From an uncultured Acidobacteriota bacterium (GTDB lineage: Bacteria > Acidobacteriota > Polarisedimenticolia > J045), in the NCBI GenBank assembly GCA_963800865.1, contig CAWDCL010000004.1:791013-855012 (forward strand): a stretch of DNA of 64,000 bases, in the 5' to 3' direction. Positions 1 through 10,200 of the stretch are shown piece by piece. The translations under genes and the position numbers were made by a program. Every line of letters starts with the position of its first letter. Positions within the stretch are counted from its first letter, which is position 1. The notes below the pieces were generated by a model. It saw only the letters and a list, made by a program, of their open reading frames with translations. It searched no databases and was not told the origin of the DNA.

Positions 1-200
1 GGCCAACCCCGCCGGGTCGTGCGGATGTCAGGCCAACCCCGCCGGGTCGTGCGGATGTCAGGCCGGCCCCGCCGGGTCGTGCGGATGTCAGGCCGGCCCC
101 GCCGGGTCGTGCGGATGTCAGGCCAACCCCGCCGGGTCGTGCGGATGTCAGGCCGGCCCCGCCGGGTCGTGCGGATGTCAGGCCGACCCCGCCGGGTGCG
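1..200. repeat. 30-bp tandem direct repeat, about 6.6 copies, running off the window start. Two unit variants (A = GGCCAACCCC..., B = GGCCGGCCCC...) occur in the order A-A-B-B-A-B, then a truncated copy.
   Basis: Exact reiteration of GGCC[AA/GG]CCCCGCCGGGTCGTGCGGATGTCA starting at 1, 31, 61, 91, 121, 151 and 181. There are no unique spacers, so this is not CRISPR. It sits immediately 3' of the minus-strand tsaC-like gene. Confidence 0.9.
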
Positions 201-206
201 GGGCTG

Positions 207-836
207 CTACGCGAACGGCGCCGGGTCTCCGGCCCCCTCGCGGATCACCTCGACGCCCCCCTCCGCCAGCTCCACGACCGTCGACGGTTCGACGCTGCCC
301 CAGCCACCGTCGAGGAACAGGTCGACCGCGTGTCCGACCCGCTGCTCGATCTCGTCCGGGTCGGCGAGCGGCAGATCGTCGCCCGGGAGCCGGACCGTCG
401 TCGCCAGCAGCGCCCCGCCGGCAGCGGCCGCGACCGCGCGGCAGACCGCGTTGTCCGGCACCCGCAGCCCGATCGTCTTGCGCTTGGCCAGCAGGATCCG
501 CGGCACCTCGCGCGTCGCCGGCAGGACGAAGGTGTAGGGGCCCGGCAGGTAGCGCTTCAGGATCCGGTAGGCGTGGGTGTCGACCAGCGCGTACGTGGCC
601 ACGTCCGACAGGTCGGGGACGATCAGCGAGAAGAGCTTCTTGTCCGGGTTCATCGCCTTGAGCTGCGCGATCCGGTCCAGCGCCTGGCGCGAGCCGGGCA
701 GGGCGACGAACGCGTAGCAGGTGTCGGTCGGGATCACGATCACGCCGTGGTCGGAGAGCACGCGCCCGGCGCGCTCGACCAGCCGCACCTGCGGCGTGAC
801 CGGGTGGATCTCGAAGCGCTGCCCGCCGCGGGTCAC
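207..836 (-). CDS. tsaC: L-threonylcarbamoyladenylate synthase (YrdC/TsaC/Sua5 family). The start is a GTG at 836; an alternative in-frame GTG at 887 would overlap the upstream gene by 44 nt.
   Basis: The translation contains IHPVTPQVRLVERAGRVLSDHGVIVIPTDTCYAF, LIVPDLSDVATYA and GPYTFVLPAT, which are YrdC-domain hallmarks. GAGGGA lies just upstream of the GTG at 836. Confidence 0.7.
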   Translation of the reverse strand: MTRGGQRFEIHPVTPQVRLVERAGRVLSDHGVIVIPTDTCYAFVALPGSRQALDRIAQLKAMNPDKKLFSLIVPDLSDVATYALVDTHAYRILKRYLPGPYTFVLPATREVPRILLAKRKTIGLRVPDNAVCRAVAAAAGGALLATTVRLPGDDLPLADPDEIEQRVGHAVDLFLDGGWGSVEPSTVVELAEGGVEVIREGAGDPAPFA

Positions 837-843
837 GGGTCCC

Positions 844-1695
844 TCACGCCCCGAGCTCGACCGGCTCGACCGAGAAGCGGCCGTCACCGTCGCGCACGAC
901 GCGCCCCGCCGCGACGACCGGGTCGTGCGTGAAGACCAGCGTGCCGTTCCGCCGGACGAGGTCTTCGAGGATCGCGCGCTTCTCGTCGATCACCAGCTCG
1001 GGGAAGCGGTCGTAGCCCATCGTGATCGGCAGGTGGACCCACGCCGCGCCGGGGATCAGGTCGCCGGGGTAGACGACCGGGCCGTCGTCGGTCTCGATTT
1101 CGCTCACCAGGAGACCCGGCGTGTGGCCGTCCGAGCGGCGGAAGCCGTAGCCGGGCCCCAGCGTGTCGCTGTGCCCGCCCTCGACCAGCTCCAGCCGGCC
1201 GCTGTCGTGCAGCAGCGCCGTCAGGCCGGGGATGAACGACGCGCGGTCGCGCGGGTGCGGCTCGAGCGCGCGCTCCCACGCCCCGCGGCCGACCAGGATC
1301 CGCGCCCGCGGGAAGAGCAGCCGCAACGGACGGCCCTCCTCCCACGGCGCGAGCAGGCCGCCGGCGTGGTCGAAGTGCAGGTGGCTGAGCACGACGACAT
1401 CGATGTCGAGGTCGGTCAGCCCCTGCCGCGCGAGGTTGTCGAGCAGCACGTGCCGCTCCTCCTGGACCGCGAAGCGCTCGCGCAGCCGGGGCTCGAAGAA
1501 GGTCCCGACCCCGGTCTCGAACAGGATGTTGCGCGACGGCTCGCGGACCAGCAGCGCGCGGCAGGCCAGCGGGATCCGGTGCCGCTCGTCGGGCGCGATC
1601 CAGCGCTCCCAGACGACGCGCGGCGCGTTGCCGAACATCGACCCGCCGTCGAGCCGCTGGGTGTTTCCCGCGACCGGGATGAGACGCCGCTCCAT
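844..1695 (-). CDS. MBL-fold metallo-hydrolase
   Basis: HLHFDH (HxHxDH) zinc motif. The ATG at 1695 ([11 protein letters not shown]) was chosen rather than the ORF-track start at 1815. Confidence 0.7.
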   Translation of the reverse strand: MERRLIPVAGNTQRLDGGSMFGNAPRVVWERWIAPDERHRIPLACRALLVREPSRNILFETGVGTFFEPRLRERFAVQEERHVLLDNLARQGLTDLDIDVVVLSHLHFDHAGGLLAPWEEGRPLRLLFPRARILVGRGAWERALEPHPRDRASFIPGLTALLHDSGRLELVEGGHSDTLGPGYGFRRSDGHTPGLLVSEIETDDGPVVYPGDLIPGAAWVHLPITMGYDRFPELVIDEKRAILEDLVRRNGTLVFTHDPVVAAGRVVRDGDGRFSVEPVELGA

Positions 1696-1846
1696 CCGGA
1701 GATTCTCGCTTCCGGCTGCCCGGCTGTCACGCTGCCGCTGCGGATCTCGCGGGCCCGCATCCGGTCCGCCGCCGCAGCGTGACAGACGGGGCCCTTTCGC
1801 CCCGCGCCCCGGCACGGCATCATCCCGGTCCTCCCGGACCCCCTCG

Positions 1847-2560
1847 ATGCCGACGACTCCCAGGCCTCCCCGCTCGACCGCCGGCGCCCCCGCTCCGGCG
1901 GCGGCGCGCGCGCCGGCGATCCTCGCCGGCCTCGAGCGGCTCTACCCGGACGCCGACTGCGAGCTGGTCCACGTCGACCCGTTCCAGCTGCTGGTGGCGA
2001 CGATCCTGTCCGCCCAGACGACCGACCGGGCCGTCAACCAGGTCACGCCGGGACTGTTCGCGCGCTTTCCGGACGCCCGGACGCTGGCCGTCGCCGACCC
2101 GCTCGACCTCGAGCCGCTGATCGCCACGATCGGCCTGTTCCGCAACAAGGCGAAGTCGGTCGTCGGCGCGGCGCGGGCGCTGGTCGAACGCCACGGCGGC
2201 GCGGTTCCGCGCGAGCGCGAAGCGCTCGAAGCGCTCCCCGGCGTCGGCCGCAAGACGGCCAACGTCGTGCTCTCGACCGCCTTTCGCGAGCCGGCCCTGG
2301 CGGTCGACACCCACGTCACCCGGCTGGCCGGGAAGCTCGGCCTCTCCGCCGCGACCGACCCGCGCCGGATCGAGGACGACCTGACGCGGCTGTTCCCGCG
2401 CGAGCGCTGGGGGTTCGTCAGCCACGCCCTGATCTGGCACGGCCGCCGCGTCTGCGACGCCCGGACGCCGCGCTGCGAGGCCTGCGGCCTCGCCCCCCAC
2501 TGTCCCTCGGCCTTTCTCGCCGCGAAGCGGCCGGCCGCGAAGAAACGGAGTCCACGGTGA
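1847..2560 (+). CDS. nth: Endonuclease III (DNA glycosylase/AP lyase)
   Basis: [24 protein letters not shown] and C-terminal Cx6CxxCx5C [4Fe-4S] cluster ligands. The protein is colinear with E. coli Nth. Its stop overlaps the wecB start (GTGA). Confidence 0.9.
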   Translation: MPTTPRPPRSTAGAPAPAAARAPAILAGLERLYPDADCELVHVDPFQLLVATILSAQTTDRAVNQVTPGLFARFPDARTLAVADPLDLEPLIATIGLFRNKAKSVVGAARALVERHGGAVPREREALEALPGVGRKTANVVLSTAFREPALAVDTHVTRLAGKLGLSAATDPRRIEDDLTRLFPRERWGFVSHALIWHGRRVCDARTPRCEACGLAPHCPSAFLAAKRPAAKKRSPR

Positions 2561-3667
2561 CCCTGCGGGTGATGCTGATCGCCGGCGCGCGGCCGAACTT
2601 CATGAAGATCGCCGCGGTCCACCGCGCGCTCGTCGCGCGGCCCGCCTTTCGAGGTCAGCCTGGTCCACACCGGCCAGCACTACGACGCCGCGATGAGCCG
2701 GCTCTTCTTCGACGAGCTGGGGATCCCGGCGCCGGACGTCAACCTCGAGGTCGGCTCGGGCACGCACGCGGCGCAGACCGCCGAGATCATGAAGCGCTTC
2801 GAGCCGGTCGTGCTCGAGCGCCGGCCCGATCTCGTCGTGGTGGTCGGCGACGTCAACAGCACCGCGGCCTGCTCGATGGTGGCGAAGAAGATCCCCGGCG
2901 TCGGGCTGGCCCACGTCGAGGCCGGGCTGCGCTCGTTCGACCGCTCGATGCCCGAGGAGATCAACCGCCTCGTCACCGACGCGCTGTCGGACCTGCTCTT
3001 CACCTCCGAGCCGTCGGGGGAGCGGAACCTGCGCGCCGAGGGGATTCCGGCCGAGCGGATCGTCCCGGTCGGGAACGTGATGATCGACACCCTGCGCACC
3101 CACCTGCCGCGGGCCGCCGCGGCCGGCGCGCGCCAGCGCCTGGGCCTCCCGGAGCGGACCTACGCGCTGATGACGCTGCACCGCCCGTCCAACGTCGACG
3201 ACCCGGCCGTCTTCGGGCCGCTGATGGACGCGATCGCCGAGGTCGCGGCGCGGCTGCCGGTCGTCTTCCCGGTCCACCCCCGGACCCGCGCCACCCTCGG
3301 GCGCTGGGGGGCGGAGCGGGGCGGGATCCCGGCCGGGCTGGTCGTCCTGGACCCTCTCGGGTACCTCGACTTCCTTGGCCTGATGACCGGGGCCCGCCTG
3401 CTGATGACCGATTCCGGCGGGGTCCAGGAGGAGACGACCGCGCTCGGGATCCCCTGCCTGACGCTGCGCGAGAACACCGAGCGCCCGGTAACGGTGGAGG
3501 TGGGGACCAACCGGCTGGTCGGGCGCGACCCGGCCCGGCTGCGCGACGCGGCGTTCGAGGTCCTGGCCGGGAAGGGGCAGCGCGGGGCGCTGCCGGAGGG
3601 CTGGGACGGCCGGGCCGCGGAGCGGATCGCCGAGGCCCTGGCCGGATGGGATCGGCGACTCCGTTGA
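2557..3667 (+). CDS. wecB: UDP-N-acetylglucosamine 2-epimerase (non-hydrolysing), interrupted by a +1 frameshift near 2647-2651.
   Basis: N-terminus [31 protein letters not shown] reads in frame 1. The remainder, EVSLVHTGQHYD...HVEAGLRSFD...DSGGVQEE, reads in frame 2. Both halves are colinear with E. coli WecB, and one extra base at about 2650 separates them. Confidence 0.8.
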
Positions 3668-3734
3668 CCGGAAGCCCCGGAGAGGCGAGACTTTACCCCC
3701 GGATCCGGCGGACCCGTCGCGGGCAGGCCCGCGA

Positions 3735-3763
3735 TTGACGCCCGCAGGAAACCGGACTACTTT
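3735..3763 (+). promoter_or_regulatory. Sigma-70-like promoter: TTGACG, 17-nt spacer, TACTTT.
   Basis: The hexamers lie about 100 nt upstream of the OMP gene at 3864. AAGGAGACG is an RBS 5 nt before the ATG. Confidence 0.4.
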
Positions 3764-3863
3764 GCCCGTGTTTTGAGACGTTCGGAGGGGAGCGGGAGTT
3801 CGTGCCGCAGGCACTCCGCCCGGCCGCCCTCCCCGTCCTTGAGATGCCAAGAAGGAGACGAAA

Positions 3864-4559
3864 ATGCGTTGGACCAAGGCAGCGATACTGGCTCTGGGCA
3901 TGACGATGCTGTTCGGCGCGGTGGCGCTGGCCGGGGATGACTTCACCGGACCCTACTTCGGCGGCACGCTCGCCTACGTGTCGCCCACCGGCAACGTCAA
4001 CGTGGACGGCGTGAACTCGGAACTCGCCAACGGCTGGGGCGCCGCCCTGCTCGGCGGCTACCGCTTCGACAAGCTGTGGCAGCTCGACGGCGAGATCATC
4101 TACTCCTCTCACACCTTCAAGTTCAACGACCTGGTCAACGACGTCTCGGGGGATGGTGACACCTCGGTCATTCAGTACCTGGCCGAAGCGAACTTCCATT
4201 TCCTGTACTACTGCGGCGTGCAGGTCTACGCCGGCCCGGTGATCGGGCTCGCGACGTTCGACGCGGTCGATCTCGGCACCGCGAACTTCGAGATCGACAA
4301 CACGTTCGTCTACGGCGCCAACATCGGCATCGACGTGCCGTTCTCGGGACGCGACGACGAGAAGGGCTGGAACTTCACCGCGCGCGTGAAGTACCTGATC
4401 ATGGAGCCGGATACCCAGAACACCGCGGACTGCGAATTCTGCGGCGGCGTCGGCGACGGTGGCGACTCGGGCGGTTCGAGCGGCTCGACCGACGTGAGCC
4501 ACTACAATCTGAAGGTCGACCCCTGGGTGCTCCAGGCGGGCATCCTCTACAAGTGGTAG
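3864..4559 (+). CDS. Outer-membrane beta-barrel protein (OmpA-like/OmpW-like small porin family, with signal peptide)
   Basis: Signal peptide MRWTKAAILALGMTMLFGAVALAG. The body has alternating amphipathic beta strands, and the C-terminus ends ...ILYKW with the aromatic terminal residue typical of OMPs. Confidence 0.7.
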   Translation: MRWTKAAILALGMTMLFGAVALAGDDFTGPYFGGTLAYVSPTGNVNVDGVNSELANGWGAALLGGYRFDKLWQLDGEIIYSSHTFKFNDLVNDVSGDGDTSVIQYLAEANFHFLYYCGVQVYAGPVIGLATFDAVDLGTANFEIDNTFVYGANIGIDVPFSGRDDEKGWNFTARVKYLIMEPDTQNTADCEFCGGVGDGGDSGGSSGSTDVSHYNLKVDPWVLQAGILYKW

Positions 4560-4615
4560 CCGGCGCTCCCCGGGGCCGCCTCCGGGCGGCCGCGGGGGCG
4601 TCCCGAACCGATCGC

Positions 4616-4649
4616 GGGCGCGGCCTCCGGGCCGCGCCCGTTGCTTTTC
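4616..4649 (+). terminator. Rho-independent terminator
   Basis: Stem GGGCGCGGCC, loop tccg, stem GGCCGCGCCC, followed by GTTGCTTTTCC. Confidence 0.6.
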
Positions 4650-4833
4650 CGGGCGCTGGGCTCCGGGCCGGAAGCCGCGCGGGGCGGGCGGTTTCGCGGT
4701 TCGGCCCGGCCGGGTGAGGGGCCCGTTGTCGGGCGGCCCTCCGGGCCCCACATTGTCAGGGAGCGGCGACCCGCGGGTCAGGGCGGTTCGCCTGCGCCGG
4801 CGGGAGGCCGGCCCCCGAGAGGAGACGCACCGC

Positions 4834-5523
4834 ATGAACTCGCTGAAGGTCCTCGCCCTCGCCACGCTGGCTATCGCGCTCGCGCCCGCCGCGTTCGCAC
4901 ACGATCCCACCAACGTGTACGACCCGGCCGTCAAGGTGGTCTCGACGGTGGAGAATCAGTACCTGTACACGCCGCACGCCAGCGGCCGGGTATCGCTGGT
5001 CTACGTCAGCCCGACCGGCGACGGCGACCTCTTCGGCTCGACCGCCGAAGCCGCAAGCGGCTGGGGCGGATCGCTCGGGTGGGAGTTCCGCTGCGGCCAC
5101 TGGATCGGGATCGACCTCAACGCGATCTACGCCAAGCACGACATCGACGTCGGAGGGTTCGGCACGATCGGCCAGACCGCCTTCGTGCCGATCACGCTCG
5201 GACTCAACGTGCACGTGACCCCCGAGAAGAGCCCGGTCGACGTCTTCCTCGGGCCGCTGTTCGGCTACGCGATGTACGACGACCTGTCGGCCAAGGTCGA
5301 CGGCTCGACGGTGGCGATCGACGTCGACTCCAATTTCATCTACGGCCTGAACCTCGGGATCGAAGTGCCGGCGCCCCGGCACGGCTGGGCTTTCTACGCC
5401 TCGGTGAAGTACCTCGTGACCGAGTACTACGGGAGCCTGACGGTGGACGGCGCGGGGATGGACAACGTGGGTGTCGACGTCGACCCGTGGATCGCCCAGG
5501 CGGGAATCGCCTTCCGCTACTGA
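4834..5523 (+). CDS. Outer-membrane beta-barrel protein, a paralogue of the 3864..4559 gene
   Basis: Signal peptide MNSLKVLALATLAIALAPAAFA, and the protein ends ...IAFRY. RBS GGAGACG precedes the ATG. The architecture is the same as the upstream gene. Confidence 0.7.
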   Translation: MNSLKVLALATLAIALAPAAFAHDPTNVYDPAVKVVSTVENQYLYTPHASGRVSLVYVSPTGDGDLFGSTAEAASGWGGSLGWEFRCGHWIGIDLNAIYAKHDIDVGGFGTIGQTAFVPITLGLNVHVTPEKSPVDVFLGPLFGYAMYDDLSAKVDGSTVAIDVDSNFIYGLNLGIEVPAPRHGWAFYASVKYLVTEYYGSLTVDGAGMDNVGVDVDPWIAQAGIAFRY

Positions 5524-5554
5524 TACCGACCGCGCCGCACGGCATCGTGCTCGA

Positions 5555-5589
5555 GGGCCGGGACCCGCGTCCCGGCCCTTCGCTTTTCG
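5555..5589 (+). terminator. Rho-independent terminator
   Basis: Stem GGGCCGGGAC, loop ccgc, stem GTCCCGGCCC, followed by TTCGCTTTTCGG. Confidence 0.6.
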
Positions 5590-5605
5590 GGCCCGCTTGG
5601 TCATC

Positions 5606-5785
5606 ATGGCGGGCGAGATGTGCCCCCCCTCCCAGCCGTCCCCGCTCCCGCCGGCGCCGCTCCCCGCCGAGCGGGCGATCCGGACCTGCCCCAACTGCGG
5701 CCGCGAGCTGGCCGAGCGGAAGTGCAAGCTCTTCTGCGAAACCTCCGGTTGCGGCTACTACCTCAGCTGCGCCGACTACTACTGA
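5606..5785 (+). CDS. Small zinc-ribbon protein (59 aa), function unknown
   Basis: Proline-rich N-terminus followed by CPNCG...CKLFCETSGCGYYLSC, which gives four or more Cys ligands. Confidence 0.4.
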   Translation: MAGEMCPPSQPSPLPPAPLPAERAIRTCPNCGRELAERKCKLFCETSGCGYYLSCADYY

Positions 5786-5795
5786 GCGCCCCCCG

Positions 5796-6308
5796 ATGCT
5801 GCTGACGCTCCACCTGCTGCTGGCGGTCGTCCCGGGGCTGCTCGCCCTCGCCGCCGCCGTCGCGCTGGCGGCGGGGATCGTGCGCGGGCGCCGGGAGCTG
5901 TTCGCGCGGGGCCTCGCGCTGCTGCTGGGCGCCGCGGCGTGCGCCGTGCCCGCAACCCTGACCGGGTGGCCGGCCTGGGGCGCGGTCGCCTTCGCGGACG
6001 GCTACTCGGCGGCGCATGCCGAAGCTCACCGCACCGCCGGCCTGTTCGCGGCCGGTGCGGCGGTCCTTGCCGCCGCCGTCGCCTGGCGGGCCCGCAGCCG
6101 GATGAAGGCGCGGGGCGGGGTCAGCCGGGCACTTGCGCTGGTCACCGCGCTGGTGGCGGCGTTCGCGGCGCTGCTCGGCGCCTGGGCGGTCGGCTCCGGC
6201 TGGCAGATCCGCCGCCCCGAACTGCGGCACTACGAGGCGCGCACCAACGAGCTGCCGGTGGAGCGGGGGACGCCGCGCGTCGGGAGCGGCCCGCCGCCCC
6301 AGGACTGA
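5796..6308 (+). CDS. Integral membrane protein (about 4 TM helices), hypothetical
   Basis: The ATG lies 10 nt after the previous stop. The product has Ala/Leu-rich hydrophobic segments separated by RR/K loops. Confidence 0.5.
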   Translation: MLLTLHLLLAVVPGLLALAAAVALAAGIVRGRRELFARGLALLLGAAACAVPATLTGWPAWGAVAFADGYSAAHAEAHRTAGLFAAGAAVLAAAVAWRARSRMKARGGVSRALALVTALVAAFAALLGAWAVGSGWQIRRPELRHYEARTNELPVERGTPRVGSGPPPQD

Positions 6309-6342
6309 GCCTCGATCCCGGTCCCGTCCGCGCTGCGGACCG

Positions 6343-7122
6343 TCAGACGCGCCAGGGCTCGGGAGCGGCCGGCCGATCCGGGAGGGGCGAGGCGGCGGCC
6401 AGCGCGCTGGTCACGAACCGGTGCGCGGCGGCAGCGGCGTCCGCGGCAGGCAGTCCCAGCGCGAGGTAGCCGGCCGCGGCGATCGATCGCGCCCCCGAGG
6501 CGCCGCGGCTGCCGGCGTGGGCGGTTGCGACCGCTTCGACGATCGACGCCTCCGCCGGCCCGGCGAGCGCCGCCGGCGTTCCGGTCGCAGCGTCGGCGCC
6601 CGCCCCGGCCCCGTCCGTGGCCCCGACCACCAGCGCGACCCGGGCCGGTCCCGCCAGCGCGCGGGCGAGTTCCAGGAGCGATTCCCGCGATCCGTCGTAC
6701 GGCCGCCCGGTCACCCGGGCGGCATCGGCGGCACCCGCGACCACGAGCGCCGCACCTGCGAGCGCTCCGAGCGCTCCCGGGCCGCGCCAGGCGAGGTCGG
6801 CCACCAGCGGCGCGCCCAGCGCCCCGGCGGCGGCGGCCACCGCCTCGGCCTGCGGCTCTCCGGCGAGGATCCCCGCGTGGACGACCCGCAGCGCGCCGTG
6901 CAACGCCTCCACGGCGGCGGCGAGCTGGTCGGCGAAAGTGCCGGGATCCACCGCGCGCCCCGGCCGCGTGCCGAGCGCACGGTCGACCGCGATCACCGCC
7001 GCGACCGGGGCCATCCGCACGCCCAGGCGCCCGAGGAACGCGCCATCGAGGCCGAGCCCGGTTTCGCCGGTGGGATCGAGCCGGCCGACGCTGAGGACGA
7101 TCGGGGTGGCACCGGAGAGCAA
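6343..7122 (-). CDS. ThiD/PdxK-like kinase of the ribokinase superfamily (divergent and possibly degraded)
   Basis: N-terminus VLSVGRLDPTGETGLGLDGAFLGRLGV aligns with ThiD TIAGTDPSGGAGIQADLKTFSALGA. Ala/Gly low complexity dominates, and the C-terminal GTGC motif is not obvious. The start is a TTG. Confidence 0.4.
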   Translation of the reverse strand: MLSGATPIVLSVGRLDPTGETGLGLDGAFLGRLGVRMAPVAAVIAVDRALGTRPGRAVDPGTFADQLAAAVEALHGALRVVHAGILAGEPQAEAVAAAAGALGAPLVADLAWRGPGALGALAGAALVVAGAADAARVTGRPYDGSRESLLELARALAGPARVALVVGATDGAGAGADAATGTPAALAGPAEASIVEAVATAHAGSRGASGARSIAAAGYLALGLPAADAAAAAHRFVTSALAAASPLPDRPAAPEPWRV

Positions 7123-7213
7123 GGGCCGCTCCTTCCAGGTGCATTATCCCCGCCCGCGCGCGCCGCGTCTCCGGCCCCGGGCGTCTCGGCGTATCTTCCG
7201 GCAGGAGCTGTCG

Positions 7214-10200
7214 ATGCGTGGAGGGGGGACCCGCCGGGCGTGGTGCGTCACGGTCCGCCGGGCTGCCCTCGCGGCGTGCCTCGCGGCGCTGCTCGCAGCG
7301 GGCCTGTCCGCTCCGCCCGCCCTCGCGGCACAGCCGCCCGCGGTGACGCACGACTGCGCGCCGCGGGTCAACACGCTGCCGCGGCCCTGTGACAACACCA
7401 CCGACGTGCCGTCCACCACGACGATCTACTTCGAGGTCACCGTCCCCTCGACGAATCCGGCCGCCGCCGACGTCGACCCGGACAGCGTCACCGCCTCGCT
7501 CTCGTGGCCCGGCGGCGGACCGCTGTCGATGCTCCTGCCGGGCCAGGTCCCCGGCGACGGGTTCGCCGGCCGCACGATCCCGCTCTTCACCGACGGCGGG
7601 CGGCGCGGCTACGGCTTCTTCATCGAGCCGCGGCAGCCGCTGCGGGCCTCGACCGTCTACACCGTGCGCGTCGACGCGCGGACCCTCTCCGGCGCGGCGC
7701 TCGACCCGGCCGGCGCGGCCTGGTCCTTCGCCACCCGCCGGCCGCTCGAGGGCGCGACGGCTCGTTTCGACGTCGACCTCGCCGCGCCCGCGTTGACCTG
7801 GCGGGGGCGGTTCTTCGCCGGTGCGATCAAGCCCAACTTCGGCACGTCGGCGCTGTTCCAGCAGGAGCCCGTCTACGCGCTGATCGATGCGGCGCGGGCC
7901 GACGCGCCGGAGTTCTTCCTCCAGCAGCGCGACTGGCCGCTGTTCGCCGACTTCTGGCAGGCCAACGGCTTCTTCGACGGCAACCCGAACCTGGTGCGCG
8001 AGCGCGAGACGCGGCGGATCACGCAGATGCAGGACGGCGGCTCGCGCACGGTCCTGACCGTGGCCGACATGCTCGAGGCACCGCTCTACAACATCGCGCC
8101 CAACCGGCCGCTGTCCCCGGACTACCATGCCGGCGACCAGGTACTGGTCTGCGACCGCAACAAGTGCGAGACCGCGACCGTGCAGTCGGTCAGCGACGCC
8201 CTGCGCCAGGTGAATGTCAGCCGTCTGGCGACCCCGCCGGGCAGCTGGACGCTGAACTGGGCCGGCTCGACGCCGCTGGACAACCCGGCGACCCCGGACA
8301 ACTTCTCGCTCCCGCTCGGCTCGTTGCGCAAGCTCGCGCCGGCGGGAACGCCCCGCTACTACTGGAAGCGCCTCGACGACGAGTGGGACCGCCACGTCGC
8401 GCACGGCCGGCGGCCGCACGTCAACTTCGCGGCCCCGCCCTACGACCTCAGCCGCACCGCGCTCGGCCAGGACCCCTCGGGCGGAGACTCGCCCTACCCG
8501 CCGAAGGACTGGACCGAGTGGCACCACGTGGTCCGGGCGGTCGTGTTTCACATCCTCGACCGCTACGGCGCACAGGTCGCCGACTGGACCTACACGGTCG
8601 GTAACGAGCCCGACCTCGACATCTTCTGGAAGGGGACCGACAACGAGTTCCTCGCCTTCTACGACCACACCGTGAACGCGGTTTTCAAGGCCTTCGAGGA
8701 GCGCGGGATCGACAGTGCGCGGATTCGCGTCGGCGGACCGGAAGCGACCGGCCTGTTCGAGGGCTACATCACGCAGATCCTCTACCACGCCTCGCCGACC
8801 GCGGTGAACCCGGCGGCCGGCTTCGAGGAGCGCAACTTCGTCTGCCTCGACCCGGCGTTCGCGCCGCTGCTCTCGCAGCGTCTCGCGGCGCACTGCGCGG
8901 CGCACCAGGACCGCGGCACGCCGCTCGACCTGGTCTCCGTCCACGGCTACAAGCGCGCCGCCGAGGCCGCGGCGACCCTGATCGGCGCGCGCAACCAGGC
9001 GCTCTCGATCGACGGGCCGTACTTCGCGGGGCTCTCGGTCAACAGCCACGAGACCACCCCGGACTGGATTCCCGGGCGCGATCCGGGATCGCGCGACATG
9101 TACCGCTGGGGCGGCTACTTCTCGTCCTGGGGGGCCGACTTCTTCCGCCGCCTGCTGGAGGAAGGGGCGGCCGATCCGCGCAAACGCGCCGGCGAGCTCA
9201 CGCTGACGACCTGGCCCTTCAACACCAACTTCTCCGGGTACGCCTGCATCGCCGGCCAGCTGCGGATCGACGCCGACGGCGACGGGACGCAGGACCGGGT
9301 CGACGCGGTGCCGGTCCCGTTCTTCCACATGGCGCACCTTGCGGCGCGGATGTCGCACGAGGTCGCCCCGCTGGCCGCTGTCGAGGACGCCGGCTCCCGG
9401 CTCTCCGGCTGGCGCTCGGTCGAGCCCGCGGCGGACCTCGTGCTGCTCTACGCGCACGACGCCGACGATGCGCCGGGCGAAGAGCGCGGAGGCTGGGACC
9501 TGACGCTGGCGCTGGCGAACCTGCGCTTCCCGCTGGTCGAGGTGACGGAGTACCGGCTCGACCGCGAGCACGCCGCGCGCGCGGCGCTCGACGCGCTCCC
9601 GGAGCGCGGCGAAAGCGGGGTCTACCGGCCGGACGAAGTGGCGGCGTTCGAGGCGGCGGCGAAGCTGGCGCCGTACGGTGCGCCGCAACGCCACGCCGTC
9701 GTCGCCGGCCGGCTCGATCTTCCGTCGCGCCTCGTGGCGCAGGGGGTCGTCTTCCTCGAGATCCGGCGCCCCGACCCCGATCGCGACGGCGTGTACGACC
9801 CGGACGACAACTGCCCCGACACGGTCAATCCCGACCAGCTCGACGCCGACGGCGACCTCCACGGCGACGCCTGCGACTGCGCGCCCGGCGATCCGCTGGT
9901 GTTCGCCGCGCCCCGCGAGGTGACGGGTCTCCAGCTCGGCGTGGACGGAGCGACGATCGCCTGGGACTCGGCGGCGCCGTTCTGCGGCAGCGCGACCGTC
10001 CACGACCTCTATCGCGAGGCCGCGGAGCGCGTGCCGGCGGGCGGCGCGGGGGGCGGCGCCTGCCTCGCCCCCGGGACGCCCGCGGCGTCGTTCGTGGACG
10101 CCGACCGCCCCGCGGCCGGGACCGGCTACCGCTACCTGGTGCGGGCGCGCAACGCCTGCGCGGCCGGGCCGTGGGGCGATTCCAGCGACGGCCTGCCGCG

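Noticed and set aside
1-200. A CRISPR array
   Set aside because: The repeats are directly adjacent with no spacers, and no cas genes are nearby.
887-887. A tsaC start at the GTG at 887 (ORF-track start)
   Set aside because: It would overlap the MBL hydrolase gene by 44 nt. An in-frame GTG at 836, with GAGGGA upstream, avoids the overlap. Both remain possible.
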